A stretch of 64,000 nucleotides of DNA from NCBI GenBank assembly GCA_026415395.1, contig JAOAHD010000007.1:715304-779303 (forward strand), read 5' to 3'. The notes beneath the pieces were generated by a model. That model saw only the letters and a program-made list of their open reading frames with translations, searched no databases and had not been told where the DNA came from. This stretch comes from Candidatus Binatia bacterium. Its GTDB lineage: Bacteria; Desulfobacterota; Binatia; HRBIN30. Both the position numbers and the translations under genes were made by a program. This document shows, in pieces, positions 9,343-19,606 of this stretch. Numbering within the stretch: the stretch's first letter is position 1; every line of letters begins with the position of its first letter.

Positions 9343-10356
9343 TTATGTGAGTGACCCCGTTTTTGCCGACGGAGTGGCTTCCGGAGCCCCGACGCGTTCC
9401 CCGCCAGGCTTTGTGCCGGCGACCCGCTCGACCTCGGCTCCACCCTCGCGTTTGGGAAACAGCAGCGATGCCAGGACGGCTACCGACAAGACTCCCGCGA
9501 CGACGGCCAGTGACCAACCGATAGGGATCTTGTAAAACTCCGACACGAGCATCTTTGTTCCCACAAAGGTGAGAACCACGGCAAGCCCGATTTGTAGGAA
9601 ACGAAACATGTCCATCACTCCGGCCAGCAGAAAGTACAGCGCCCTGAGCCCGAGAATCGCAAAGACGTTCGAGGTGTACACAATGAAAGGGTCTTTAGTG
9701 ACGGCAAAAATGGCTGGAATCGAGTCGAGAGCGAATACCAAATCCGTGGTTTCTACGACGATGAGGACGAGGAGCAAAGGCGTTGCCCACAGCCGCCTCT
9801 GGTCTCGGACAAAAAACGACTGCCCTCGGTAGTCCTCAGTCACGGGAATCACGCGGCGCACGAGCTTAACGACCGGGTTGCGCGCGGGCTCGACCTCTTT
9901 GTCCCCAGAAAACAAGAGGCGAATGCCCGTAACCACCAAGAAGCCGCCGAAGACATAGATCATCCAATGAAAGCGGTTCATCAACGCCACACCCGTCGCA
10001 ATGAAGATGCCCCGCATCACCAAGGCACCGAGAATTCCCCAGTACAGTACCCGGTGCTGATATATGGCGGGGACTGCAAAGTAACTGAAAATCATGAGAA
10101 AGACGAAGAGATTGTCGACGCTCAAGGACTTTTCGATGAGGTATCCGGTTAGAAACTCCAGTGCTCGCTCATATCCCCAGGCCCAATAAACGAGGCCATT
10201 GAAAGCCAATGCCAACACCACCCAAACCACGCTCCAGATGGCTGCTTCACGGAGGCTCACTGCGTGTGCCCGGCGGTGGAAGACACCAAGGTCAAGCGCC
10301 AACATCGCGAGCACGAAACAGTTGAAGCCGACCCAGAGAATCCAATGGTGTTCCAT
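9343..10356 (-). CDS. TerC family integral membrane protein
   Basis: It carries the TerC signature ..SLSVDNLFVFLMIF.. and ..ALDSIPAIFAVT.. with multiple TM helices. Confidence 0.8.
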   Translation of the reverse strand: MEHHWILWVGFNCFVLAMLALDLGVFHRRAHAVSLREAAIWSVVWVVLALAFNGLVYWAWGYERALEFLTGYLIEKSLSVDNLFVFLMIFSYFAVPAIYQHRVLYWGILGALVMRGIFIATGVALMNRFHWMIYVFGGFLVVTGIRLLFSGDKEVEPARNPVVKLVRRVIPVTEDYRGQSFFVRDQRRLWATPLLLVLIVVETTDLVFALDSIPAIFAVTKDPFIVYTSNVFAILGLRALYFLLAGVMDMFRFLQIGLAVVLTFVGTKMLVSEFYKIPIGWSLAVVAGVLSVAVLASLLFPKREGGAEVERVAGTKPGGERVGAPEATPSAKTGSLT

Positions 10357-10612
10357 GCCGTGTTCCGCCGCGCGCCGAAAGAGTGTGCTCTTCTTAGCTA
10401 CCTTTCATGCCTTTCGCAGGGGCCTCGGCTTGCCGTGAGCACTACCGCTGCGCGCGCCGCAGCCAGTGCTACGTGCTTTGCCGTCCCGCCCGACGGCTTG
10501 CGCAACGTGCGCGTCCCGCCGACGTGTCGCCCAACCGTTGTTCCTCCACCCGATCCTTGTTGCCGGTGCCTGGACATCAGCGCCACAAGAGGTGGGAATG
10601 TGTTTGGCGATC

Positions 10613-11185
10613 TCACGCACCCGAGGCCTGCGCCAGAGTATGCATTACCCACTCAAGGGCAAACGGCCAGGCGCCGAAGCCGGACTCGATATTGATATGC
10701 CCCGCGTTGGGAAGGATCTGAATCGGCACGCCGAGCCTCTGGGCAATTTCGTACGCTTCTCCGACCTCAATGTACGGATCGTCGTCCGACGTCACCAGGA
10801 GGCTGCGCGCGGCAACTGCCTCCCAGGCGCTGCGCACTTGCGGTGCTGGAAAAAAGCTCTGCACCGGCTCAAAGAGGAGATACGGCGAGGGCGGCGCCGC
10901 TAGGAGTGCCGCGCGAACTCCACGACTGCCGTGCTGCGCGAATAAGTGATCGATTGCCCAGCAGCCGAGAGAATGAGCGACAAACAGCACTGGGGTCGGT
11001 GCCTCGGCAACAATGGCCTGTAACTGCTCGACCCATTTGTTGCATTCTGGCCACTGCGGGTCGGGAAGCTCCGGAAACGTCGCAAGAATGCCGCGGCGCT
11101 GGAGCTCCGCGAAGAGCCAGCGTTGCCAGTGGCCGGGGGCAGATCCGTCGTAGCCGTGCACGAACACAACCATGCGGAGCATCAA
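10613..11185 (-). CDS. RBBP9/YdeN-family alpha/beta serine hydrolase
   Basis: It has VFVHGYDGS..W, the nucleophile elbow HSLGC, and a length of about 190 aa. Confidence 0.65.
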   Translation of the reverse strand: MMLRMVVFVHGYDGSAPGHWQRWLFAELQRRGILATFPELPDPQWPECNKWVEQLQAIVAEAPTPVLFVAHSLGCWAIDHLFAQHGSRGVRAALLAAPPSPYLLFEPVQSFFPAPQVRSAWEAVAARSLLVTSDDDPYIEVGEAYEIAQRLGVPIQILPNAGHINIESGFGAWPFALEWVMHTLAQASGA

Positions 11186-11308
11186 GCACGCGCGGCGGCC
11201 TCCCTCAACGCTACTGTCAACGCCGATTCATGACCACACCTTGCATGGTCCGTAGGGCGGAGACTATCGCTTTTGCCCACGCACGACTGAGGAAAGGATT
11301 TCGCCGAT

Positions 11309-12715
11309 ATGGACTTACGCTTTGCCTCCGCTGCTGACCTGGCGCGCATGATTCGCCGTGGGGATCTCTCGCCAGTAGAACTGATGCAGTTCACCCTCGA
11401 GCGCCTGGAACAAGTGAACCCGAAGCTCAATGCCTTCGTGGCGCAGCATCCTGCGGAGCGTCTGCTAGAGGCCGCGCGCGCGGTGGAGACGCGCCTTGCA
11501 CGCAAAGAAGAAGTGGGCCCTTTGGCGGGACTGCCGCTTGGCGTCAAAGATTTGGAAGACACTGTCGGCTTACCCACGACGCACGGCTCACTCCTGTTTC
11601 GTGATCGTGTGGCCACGCGGGATACGATCCAAGTGGCGCGCCTGAAACAAGCGGGCGCAATCGTGGTGGGCAAAACCAATACGCCAGAGTTTGGGTACAC
11701 CGCGTTTTCTAGTAATCGCGTCTTCGGAGCCACGCGCAATCCATGGGATTTAGAACGAACACCCGGTGGCTCCAGCGGGGGATCATCTGCAGCCGTTGCT
11801 GGTGGCCTGGTGCCCCTCGCGACTGCCTCCGACGGTGGCGGTTCGGTGCGTATCCCGGCGGCCTTTACTGGCTTGGTCGGGCTCAAGCCGTCGCAAGGGA
11901 GGATTCCATGGGGGCCGGAAGAGGCGTTGCGGTTCTCGCACTGCATTGTCAGCGGGCCGCTCACACGGACGGTGGAGGATGCTGCCTTGTGGCTCGACGT
12001 TACTGTCGGCCCTCACCCCGAGGACCCCTTCTCGCTGCCGCACCCAGGTATCTCGTACCAAGAGGTGATTCGTCGGGAGCCGCCGCGGCTGCGCATCGGC
12101 TACTCGCTCACGCTTGGGTATGCCCGTCCGGCGCGGGCGGTCGAGAACGCTGTGGAGGCGGCGCTGCGCGCGCTCGAGAAGGCGGGCCACGTGGTGGAGC
12201 CCGTGGAGGTGAAGCTTGAGGATATCGTGCTCGACTGGGCACGCCTCATGTCGGTGGAAGACTACGCGTTTCACGGCGCGCACTTTCATGACGAAGAACT
12301 CCTCGACCCTGGCTACCGCATGGGTGTCGAGTTGGCCAAGCACTTGCGGCCGGCGGACTTGGGCGATGTGTTGCGGCAGCGTGCGCGCCTGGTGTCCACC
12401 TTGGAGGAAATTTTGGCGCGCTACGATCTTCTGGCCACGCCGACGACGGCTGTTGAACCGTTCGCGGCGGAGGGCCCCATTCCCTTGGAGGTCGACGGCG
12501 AACCCGTCAGCACGCCGGGCGGTGCGATCGCCTACACGTATCCGTTCAATTTCTCGGGTCACCCGGCAATCTCCTTGCGTGCCGGACTTAGTCCAGCCGG
12601 CCTGCCCATTGGGATTCAGTTCGTGGCGCCACGGTTTCGCGAGGATTTGCTTTTGCAAGTGGCGGCCGAATTCGAGCAAATTTTGCCGTGGGCAAAAGAT
12701 TGGCCTCAGCTTTGA
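11309..12715 (+). CDS. amidase signature family enzyme (GatA-like)
   Basis: The amidase signature GGSSGGSSAAVAGG..ASDGGGSVRIPA is present and the protein is about 468 aa. Confidence 0.85.
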   Translation: MDLRFASAADLARMIRRGDLSPVELMQFTLERLEQVNPKLNAFVAQHPAERLLEAARAVETRLARKEEVGPLAGLPLGVKDLEDTVGLPTTHGSLLFRDRVATRDTIQVARLKQAGAIVVGKTNTPEFGYTAFSSNRVFGATRNPWDLERTPGGSSGGSSAAVAGGLVPLATASDGGGSVRIPAAFTGLVGLKPSQGRIPWGPEEALRFSHCIVSGPLTRTVEDAALWLDVTVGPHPEDPFSLPHPGISYQEVIRREPPRLRIGYSLTLGYARPARAVENAVEAALRALEKAGHVVEPVEVKLEDIVLDWARLMSVEDYAFHGAHFHDEELLDPGYRMGVELAKHLRPADLGDVLRQRARLVSTLEEILARYDLLATPTTAVEPFAAEGPIPLEVDGEPVSTPGGAIAYTYPFNFSGHPAISLRAGLSPAGLPIGIQFVAPRFREDLLLQVAAEFEQILPWAKDWPQL

Positions 12716-13140
12716 CGAGAGAACCCGTGGGCAAATTGCAGCGCGTGGCGAGGTATCGGGTGCTGTTTGCCGATTGCGACCCGATGCGAATCATGTACTA
12801 CGGGAGCTATTTTCGACTGTTCGAGCTCGGCCGCGCGGAGCTGTTTCGAACGCTTGGCCATCCCTTCCCGAAGTACATTGCGAGCGGTCTTTATCTAGCC
12901 GTGATCGAAACCCATTGCCGTTACGTGCGACCGGCAGTGTACGACGACGAGTTGGAAGTTCTTGCCGGCATCGTAGATGTGAGCGGAGTGAGGCTGCGCA
13001 TCGATTACGAGATTCGCAAGCCAGGGGGCGAGCTTGTTGCTACGGGTTTTACGCGGCACGCAGTAGTCAACGAGCAGGGTCGCCCGGTGCGCCTCCCGAT
13101 AGAGCTGCGGCGCATGCTGTCGGCAGGCACGTCGACCTAA
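12688..13140 (+). CDS. 4HBT/YbgC-like acyl-CoA thioesterase
   Basis: It has the hotdog-fold motif ..YRVLFADCDPMRIMYYGSYFRLFE.. and is about 140 aa. The exact start is uncertain because it overlaps the amidase 3' end. Confidence 0.6.
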   Translation: MGKRLASALTREPVGKLQRVARYRVLFADCDPMRIMYYGSYFRLFELGRAELFRTLGHPFPKYIASGLYLAVIETHCRYVRPAVYDDELEVLAGIVDVSGVRLRIDYEIRKPGGELVATGFTRHAVVNEQGRPVRLPIELRRMLSAGTST

Positions 13141-13248
13141 GAGCAACCTCAAGCCTGGCGGCCGCCGGGTCGGGCTGGGCCTACTTTACTGGTCGGTGTT
13201 CCCACAGTAGAAAAGCTGCACCACCAGCACGCAAACGGAGGCAGTGTC

Positions 13249-14406
13249 ATGGCAGCCGGCAATCGTGTGTTCGTCATCGGAGTCGGGATGACCAAGTTCG
13301 AACGCTGCGAGCGCGATGCCCGTGAGTTGGCCCAGGAGGCCGTGCTTGAGGCTCTAAAAGACGCAAGCATCGATTATGACAAAATCGAGCAAGCGTTTTG
13401 CGGCTACATCAACGGGATGAGTTGCCTCGGCCAGATCAGTTTGTACGGCATCGGCATGACCGGGATCCCCGTTTACAACGTCAACAATAACTGCGCCACC
13501 GGGTCCACCGCCTTGTACTTGGCGTATAACGCGGTGCGCTCGGGAATGAACCAGGCCGTGTTGGCTCTCGGCTTTGAGAAGATGCAAAAGGGACCCCTCG
13601 AAAACCAGCTCAAAGGCCTCGAACAGCTCAAAGAAGAAGCGGAGAAAGAAAATAAACCTCCAATTGCCGCGCGGATGTTTGGCGATGCGGGGCGCGATCA
13701 CATGGAAAAGTACGGCACGAAACCTGAAACTTTCGCCAAGATTGCCGTAAAAAATCACCGCCACTCGGTGAACAATCCGCGGGCGCAGTACCAGCAGGCA
13801 TTCTCCCTCGAGGAAATTCTCGCCTCTCGCATGGTCTATGACCCGCTGACCTTGCTGCAATGCTGTCCGACCAGCGACGGCGCCGCTGCAGCAGTGGTCG
13901 TGTCTGAGGAGTTTCTCCGCCGTCATCCGCATCCAGGTGCGATAGAAATTTGCGCGATGGCGATGGCCACGGATCGCATGGAGGATTGGTCGCGCGGTCG
14001 CATCGGCATGGTGGGGATGGGTATGACGGAACGGGCTGCACGTGCTGTGTACGAGCAAAGCGGCATCGGGATCGAAGACGTGCAGGTCGTGGAGCTCCAC
14101 GACTGCTTCAGCACAAATGAACTGATCACGTACGAAGGCCTCGGCATGTGCAAGGAAGGGGAAGGAGAGAAGCTGGTTGAAGACGAGGCAACGACGTACG
14201 GGGGCAAGTGGGTGGTGAACCCCTCGGGTGGCTTGTTGTCGAAAGGACACCCGCTCGGTGCGACTGGCTTGGCGCAGTGTGCAGAGTTGGTATGGCAGTT
14301 GCGCGGGCAAGCGGACCGCCGGCAAGTGGAGAACGCCCGCATTGGCTTGCAGCACAACCTCGGTCTCGGCGGGGCCTGCGTGGTTGCGATGTATAAGCGC
14401 CCGTAG
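13249..14406 (+). CDS. SCP2/SCPx-type thiolase (lipid-transfer-protein-like 3-ketoacyl-CoA thiolase)
   Basis: The N-terminus NRVFVIGVGMTKF and the nucleophile region NNNCATGSTAL are present, along with the C-terminal ..NPSGGLLSKGHPLGATG.. . Confidence 0.8.
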   Translation: MAAGNRVFVIGVGMTKFERCERDARELAQEAVLEALKDASIDYDKIEQAFCGYINGMSCLGQISLYGIGMTGIPVYNVNNNCATGSTALYLAYNAVRSGMNQAVLALGFEKMQKGPLENQLKGLEQLKEEAEKENKPPIAARMFGDAGRDHMEKYGTKPETFAKIAVKNHRHSVNNPRAQYQQAFSLEEILASRMVYDPLTLLQCCPTSDGAAAAVVVSEEFLRRHPHPGAIEICAMAMATDRMEDWSRGRIGMVGMGMTERAARAVYEQSGIGIEDVQVVELHDCFSTNELITYEGLGMCKEGEGEKLVEDEATTYGGKWVVNPSGGLLSKGHPLGATGLAQCAELVWQLRGQADRRQVENARIGLQHNLGLGGACVVAMYKRP

Positions 14407-14625
14407 ATTGAGCGAGCGGCACTCTCCCCGCGCAGACACCTTTGCCACAGCCGAGCGGGCGGATTCCCGCGCTCTAGCGTAAGGGGCGATGATTTTGCCC
14501 CGCGGCGTATGACCCAGCTACGGACTCCCGCTCGAATTTTCCCCGGCAGCAGTGCCCTTGCGTGGTGCGGCAGTTTGGGGATGGTCCGCACCGGGCGTTG
14601 CCCACGCGGGGAGCGGAAAGCTGCG

Positions 14626-16545
14626 CTAGCTCAGACCGAGGGCGGTGGCTGCGCGGTAGGTGAGGAAACTGGCGGCCCACGCCAGCGCGAGCATGTAGCT
14701 GAAGGCAAAGGCCGGCCAGCGCCAACTGCCTGTTTCCCGAGCCATGACGACCATCGTGGAGGTACACTGCAGGGCGAAGACAAAGAACACCATGAGGCTC
14801 AGTGCCGTAGGTAAACTAAAGTGTCGGCGCCCGGTTACTGGATCCACATCGCGGCGCAGTGCCTCGCGGAGTCCGTCATAGTCATCAGGATTGCCGACGG
14901 CGTGGATCTGCGCCAAGGTCGACACAATCACCTCACGCGCGGCTAAACTCGCCACGAGCCCCACGCCGATTTTCCAGTCGAAGCCAAGCGGCTGGATCAT
15001 GGGTTCAATGGCATGGCCGATACGGCCTGCCACGCTCTCTTCCAAATTCGCACGCGCTTGCTCAGCGGTAGACGCGCCAGGGATTTGCTGCGCCCGCGGA
15101 AAGGAGAGCAGTGCCCACATCACGATGCTGACCGCCAAGATGATGGTTCCTGCTCGCTTGAGAAATGCCGATGTGCTGCCCCAAACCTGCCGGAGCAATA
15201 AACGAAGGGTGGGCCACCGGTAGGGGGGCAATTCCATGTAAAATACCGAGGGCGTGCCTCGTAAGAGCGTCGAACTCAGCAGAGCTGCCGACGCCAGCGC
15301 AGTGCACGCGCCTAAAAGATAGAGGCCGAACATCACCAGCCCCTGGAGCCCAATCGGACCCCAGATCGCGCGCGCGGGCACGAATGCTGCGATCAACAAA
15401 GTGTAAACTGGCAACCTTGCGGAACAGGTCATGAAGGGAGCCACCAAGATGGTAGCCAGCCGCTCTCGTGGGGATGCAATCGTGCGGGTAGCCATGATTC
15501 CGGGCACCGCACAAGCAAAACATGAAAGTAGGGGCACGAAGCTCCGACCTTGCAGTCCGACCCAACCCATCACCCGGTCGACGACAAAGGCCGCGCGCGC
15601 CATGTAACCAAGGTCATTGAGCAAATGGATAAACGTGAACAGGATCACGATTTGCGGGAGAAAGACCAGCACCGACCCGACGCCAGTAACTACGCCGCCA
15701 GCCCAGAGCTCTGTGAGCCAACCCGGTGGCAGTACATCACGGCACAGTGCAGCGAGCTCCGTAAACAGTGCGTCGATGGCATCCATGGCCGGTGCCGCCC
15801 ACGTGAAGATGCTTTGGAAGAAAATCAGCAGCACCACGGCAAGCGTAAGAAGCCCGTACACCGGATGGAGCAACCAACGATCGATCCGGTCCGTGCGGCG
15901 GTCCGGTGCGAGGCGATCGGCGCCGACAGCCTTGCACACCGCGTCTACCCAGGCGAAGCGGCGAACTGGGTCTTCGTCGAGCGGAGGGCGTACTTTTGGC
16001 CGTGGCCATTTCCAGGGCTCGCGCACCAGCCGGATCACTTGATCGATCCCCACTCCTCGGTGGCCGACCACGCCGACAACCGGGATGCCCAGTTGACGCG
16101 ATAAGCCAGCGATGTCGAGCCGGCCGCCGCGAGCGCGAACCTCGTCGATCATGGTCAACACCAGGACCATCGGACGCCGATGTGCAAGAAGCTGCCGCAC
16201 CAATCCCAAACCGCGCCGCAGTGTGGTCGCATCGGCCACTGCAACCACGCCGTCCAGCTCGGGCTCTCCTGCCAGCTTGCCGTCGAGCACCTTTTCCACA
16301 ATGCGTTCGTCTGGCGACTCACCGCGCAGGGCGTACGTGCCCGGCAAATCCAAAATGATCACCTGGCCATTGCTGCCGCGCAGTGTGCCCTCGCGACGCT
16401 CCACGGTTACTCCAGCGTAGTTGCCGACCCGCGCACTCGAGCCAGTGAGTGCATTGAACAGCGTGGTTTTGCCCGCGTTCGGAGAACCCACGAGCGCGAC
16501 TCGGACCGGGCGTAAGGGTTGGGCAGCAGGTGCTGTGGCCGTCAT
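14626..16545 (-). CDS. feoB: ferrous iron transport protein B
   Basis: It has an N-terminal G-domain ([20 protein letters not shown]..) followed by a polytopic permease, and is about 639 aa. Confidence 0.9.
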   Translation of the reverse strand: MTATAPAAQPLRPVRVALVGSPNAGKTTLFNALTGSSARVGNYAGVTVERREGTLRGSNGQVIILDLPGTYALRGESPDERIVEKVLDGKLAGEPELDGVVAVADATTLRRGLGLVRQLLAHRRPMVLVLTMIDEVRARGGRLDIAGLSRQLGIPVVGVVGHRGVGIDQVIRLVREPWKWPRPKVRPPLDEDPVRRFAWVDAVCKAVGADRLAPDRRTDRIDRWLLHPVYGLLTLAVVLLIFFQSIFTWAAPAMDAIDALFTELAALCRDVLPPGWLTELWAGGVVTGVGSVLVFLPQIVILFTFIHLLNDLGYMARAAFVVDRVMGWVGLQGRSFVPLLSCFACAVPGIMATRTIASPRERLATILVAPFMTCSARLPVYTLLIAAFVPARAIWGPIGLQGLVMFGLYLLGACTALASAALLSSTLLRGTPSVFYMELPPYRWPTLRLLLRQVWGSTSAFLKRAGTIILAVSIVMWALLSFPRAQQIPGASTAEQARANLEESVAGRIGHAIEPMIQPLGFDWKIGVGLVASLAAREVIVSTLAQIHAVGNPDDYDGLREALRRDVDPVTGRRHFSLPTALSLMVFFVFALQCTSTMVVMARETGSWRWPAFAFSYMLALAWAASFLTYRAATALGLS

Positions 16546-16874
16546 GGTGCGGGTGGATCGTCCTCCAAAATCACACGGAACCCCCAGAGTTGTCGGCGGC
16601 GGAAGCAGAGCCTGGTTCCGCGGATTTCGATTTCCACTGGGTCGCCCAGCGGTGCGCGGCGCACGATTTTGAGCCGTGTGCCGGGCACGAAGCCGAGGTC
16701 GAGCAAACGATGCGAAACGTTTCGTGCCAAGTTGTCACTCAAACGAGCCCAACGGCCGACGGGTAAGTCGTCCAGAGGGATGCTGCCTTCCTCGCGACAA
16801 TGCTTTTCGGACACCTTGGCTGACCGTAGTTGCGATCTCTTGCCCGCGCGGCCGCTTCGCTGCGCGGTTGCCAC
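16542..16874 (-). CDS. feoA: FeoA domain protein
   Basis: A FeoA SH3-like segment ..[13 protein letters not shown]...[10 protein letters not shown].. is present. The stop overlaps the feoB start. The true start is probably internal, since FeoA is usually about 75-85 aa. Confidence 0.6.
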   Translation of the reverse strand: MATAQRSGRAGKRSQLRSAKVSEKHCREEGSIPLDDLPVGRWARLSDNLARNVSHRLLDLGFVPGTRLKIVRRAPLGDPVEIEIRGTRLCFRRRQLWGFRVILEDDPPAP

Positions 16875-16894
16875 GGAACCGTAGCGTCAAGAGT

Positions 16895-18505
16895 TCAGCC
16901 TAGCCACCGGTGGGCGTCGATCATCTTTTCTTGAATCGGTACCCCGAGTGGGCACTTGCCAGCGCAAGGCGCAGCGCACGAAACGCAAAGCGAGGCATTC
17001 CGCTCGAGTTGAGCGTAAAGGCGACGTCCCTCGTACTCCCAGTGGTAGTCTTTGGCATACATGCGGTAACGCAAGATGTCGTGAATCGGCAGTTCGTGCT
17101 CGCAGGAATCCAGGCAAACCCCGCAGTGCGGCTGGCAATAATCGCCCGAAACGAGTTGGTCATACCGGCGCAGCAAGGCCACATCTTCGGGCCGCAACTG
17201 TGTGCCCGAGGCGTACAAGTATTCGTCGACCTGCCGCTGCTCGTAAATGGAAATCACCAAACAAGAGACGTTCGGGTTCGACAACACCCAGCGAAAGGCT
17301 GCTTGAGCGTACGAGTCAGCCTCGCGGCGAAACTCGGCAAGGTTGGTGTGCTTAGCCCCCTTGAGTGTCTTCATGGCCACCACCCCGACGTCTCGCGATT
17401 TGGCTTTCGCGAGGATGTGATCGAAGTTCGGCCACATGCCAAAGTGATAGGCCAACATGAGCACGTCGAAACGGCCCGAGTCGATCGCGGCGTTGGCAAT
17501 CTCCTCCAAGTTCGGCGTATGCGTGCTGACTCCCAAAAACCGGACCTTGCCTTGTTCCTTGAGGCGATCGAACGCTTCGTGGATGTTAGGTGCAAACAGC
17601 CGGTCGAGGCGGTCGCACGAATGGATATGAATGAGGTCGACGTAGTCGGTTTGCAGACGCCGCAAACTTCCCTCGACTGCCTCGATAATTTTGGGAACCG
17701 GCGTATCGTTCGGTAGGTGGCCGTCAGCCACGCAAAACTTGGTGGCCACGAACAGCTTGTCTCGATGCCCTTTCATGGCCTCGCCAAGTACACGCTCGGA
17801 GTTGGTGTCGGCGTAGTCGGGTGCTGTGTCGAAGTAGTTGATTCCGCGCTCGATCGCATACCGCGCCACGTTGGCGTTGTTGATGCGCGATGAGCCGAGA
17901 GAAATATCGGACACCATGGCGCCGGTGCGTCCGAGGCGGCGATAACTGCGCACGCGGGCTTCGCTCCACTCCGGTCGCGCCTGCGGGGCAATGGTTTCGA
18001 CCTTGGCGCTGAAGAAGTCACGCCCAACGGCAATCCAGCCGCGATTGCGGGCGACAGCCACCCCGACCCCGCCGATGATTGCGGCCATCTCCGTTCCTGC
18101 GGCTGCGACCACGCGGAGCGCTTGACGCCGGCCGAGCTGGTGCGCTTCGGCAGTGTCGAGGGAGCGAGCGATTTCGATCCAGCGTTCTCTTCCGCCCAAG
18201 CCGCAGGGCAGACACACAGGCACCCGCCAAGCGAAAAACTGCAAGGCCATTGCCGCAGAGAAGCACACCAACGGGATGGCGAGATGCCACCAGGGCAGCA
18301 AACTTCGCTGCACGCCTTCGACGAGATCGTGCAACAGATTCCCTCCCAGCCACCAAGCGAGGAAGAGCCCGAGCGCGTACAGAGCCCAAACATAGGGCCG
18401 CTTGATTTGTACGAAGCGGAGCTGAAGCTCGCCGCCGCAAGCACTGCACTGTTGCTGGTCCATAGCCGCCTCCTGTGTTCTTGGCAGTGTACGGCGGGGG
18501 CGCAC
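16895..18505 (-). CDS. aldo/keto reductase with C-terminal Fe-S Cys cluster and N-terminal zinc-ribbon/2-TM extension
   Basis: The AKR core has ..YRRLGRTGAMVSDISLGS.. and ..YVDLIHIHS.. . The C-terminus is Cys-rich (CQPHCGVCLDSC ... CVSCAAPCAGKCP), typical of Fe-S-containing AKRs. The first ~170 aa contain CSACGG...CLPCGLGG flanking two hydrophobic helices. Confidence 0.65.
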   Translation of the reverse strand: MRPRRTLPRTQEAAMDQQQCSACGGELQLRFVQIKRPYVWALYALGLFLAWWLGGNLLHDLVEGVQRSLLPWWHLAIPLVCFSAAMALQFFAWRVPVCLPCGLGGRERWIEIARSLDTAEAHQLGRRQALRVVAAAGTEMAAIIGGVGVAVARNRGWIAVGRDFFSAKVETIAPQARPEWSEARVRSYRRLGRTGAMVSDISLGSSRINNANVARYAIERGINYFDTAPDYADTNSERVLGEAMKGHRDKLFVATKFCVADGHLPNDTPVPKIIEAVEGSLRRLQTDYVDLIHIHSCDRLDRLFAPNIHEAFDRLKEQGKVRFLGVSTHTPNLEEIANAAIDSGRFDVLMLAYHFGMWPNFDHILAKAKSRDVGVVAMKTLKGAKHTNLAEFRREADSYAQAAFRWVLSNPNVSCLVISIYEQRQVDEYLYASGTQLRPEDVALLRRYDQLVSGDYCQPHCGVCLDSCEHELPIHDILRYRMYAKDYHWEYEGRRLYAQLERNASLCVSCAAPCAGKCPLGVPIQEKMIDAHRWLG

Positions 18506-18583
18506 GCAAGTCTAGCCAGAGGGGTTGGCGCACTGCGGCACGGTGGACACGTGCGTTGGCGACCGTTCGATTGCTCGCGAGAG

Positions 18584-19573
18584 CTAGCGACGACTCGCTG
18601 ACCACCTTGTGGCCGCCGTGTCAAGCCAACGCTGCAGCCGTTCGGCCCAAGGCAAGGCGCTCATCAACGCTCGTTTGAGTTCAGGGAGTGCCTGCCGAGC
18701 GGTCAAACGTCCGGCGTGGATCGCTTCACGGCTCAAGTGAAAGTCGAACAGGCCGAGACGAACAGGAACGTGAATCAGGAAGTCCGGTGGGTCATCACGC
18801 AGGCGGGCAGCGGCAATCCGCGCCTGCACGATAGTGCTGGCGCGCGAGAGGATTTCAACGAGGCCAAGCTCGGTGGCGGGGGTGCCGTTGGTTTCGGGTA
18901 GCAACCGGCTGGTCGAAAGCGGCGGTTTCTTCCAGCGCCGGCGCAAGCGCTCGCTCCATTGCTCGGTTAGGCTCGAGCGTGTCACCCGGCGTGGCAAAAC
19001 CGCTGGGTGAACTTGCAGCACACTCACGGCAATCACAAAGTCCGCCCCCAGAGCGCGGGCCACGTCTGCGGGGATGGGGTTCACGAGGCCACCATCCACC
19101 AGAATCCGCGGCCCCAAGCGCTGCGGGGTAAACAAGCCTGGAATGGCAATGCTGGCCCGCACAGCCTCCAGGACCGAACCAGATTGCAACACGACCTCCT
19201 CGCCCGTGTCGAGGTCCGTCGCCACTGCAGCAAACGCGATCGGCAATGCTTCGATCGTCGTGCCCAGGTGCGGGCGAACGAGCTCTAATGAGCGCCGCCC
19301 TTCGAGCAATCCGGCTTGCGGCCAAATGGGGTCGAACAAACGCAACACACGGGCGCGGGTCAGTTCGCACATGGTATTGCGGAATGCCTCCAGTTGCCCA
19401 TTGGCAAATGCCGCCCCGACCATTGCTCCGGCACTGGTACCAGCCACACAGCGAATCGGTAGCCCGGCGGCGACGAGCTCTTCGAGCACACCCACGTGAG
19501 CCATTCCGGCCGCGCCGCCACCACTGAGTGCGACGCCGATTTTCACAGAAGAAGTCGAGGTAAGGGCGGTCAT
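18584..19573 (-). CDS. patatin-like phospholipase
   Basis: It has the GxGxxG oxyanion motif GVALSGGGAAG and the GxSxG motif GTSAG. Confidence 0.8.
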   Translation of the reverse strand: MTALTSTSSVKIGVALSGGGAAGMAHVGVLEELVAAGLPIRCVAGTSAGAMVGAAFANGQLEAFRNTMCELTRARVLRLFDPIWPQAGLLEGRRSLELVRPHLGTTIEALPIAFAAVATDLDTGEEVVLQSGSVLEAVRASIAIPGLFTPQRLGPRILVDGGLVNPIPADVARALGADFVIAVSVLQVHPAVLPRRVTRSSLTEQWSERLRRRWKKPPLSTSRLLPETNGTPATELGLVEILSRASTIVQARIAAARLRDDPPDFLIHVPVRLGLFDFHLSREAIHAGRLTARQALPELKRALMSALPWAERLQRWLDTAATRWSASRR

Positions 19574-19606
19574 CGGCGCTCTCTATGCCAAAAGCACCCC
19601 GCGATG

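Noticed and set aside
11182-13325. Long ORFs 11182..11964(-), 11783..12679(-), 12216..13325(+) overlapping the amidase/thioesterase
   Set aside because: They are antisense or alternate-frame shadow ORFs typical of high-GC DNA. Their translations are Arg/Ser/Pro/Gly-rich with no family features, and the strongly supported amidase (GGSSGGSSAAVAGG) occupies the locus.
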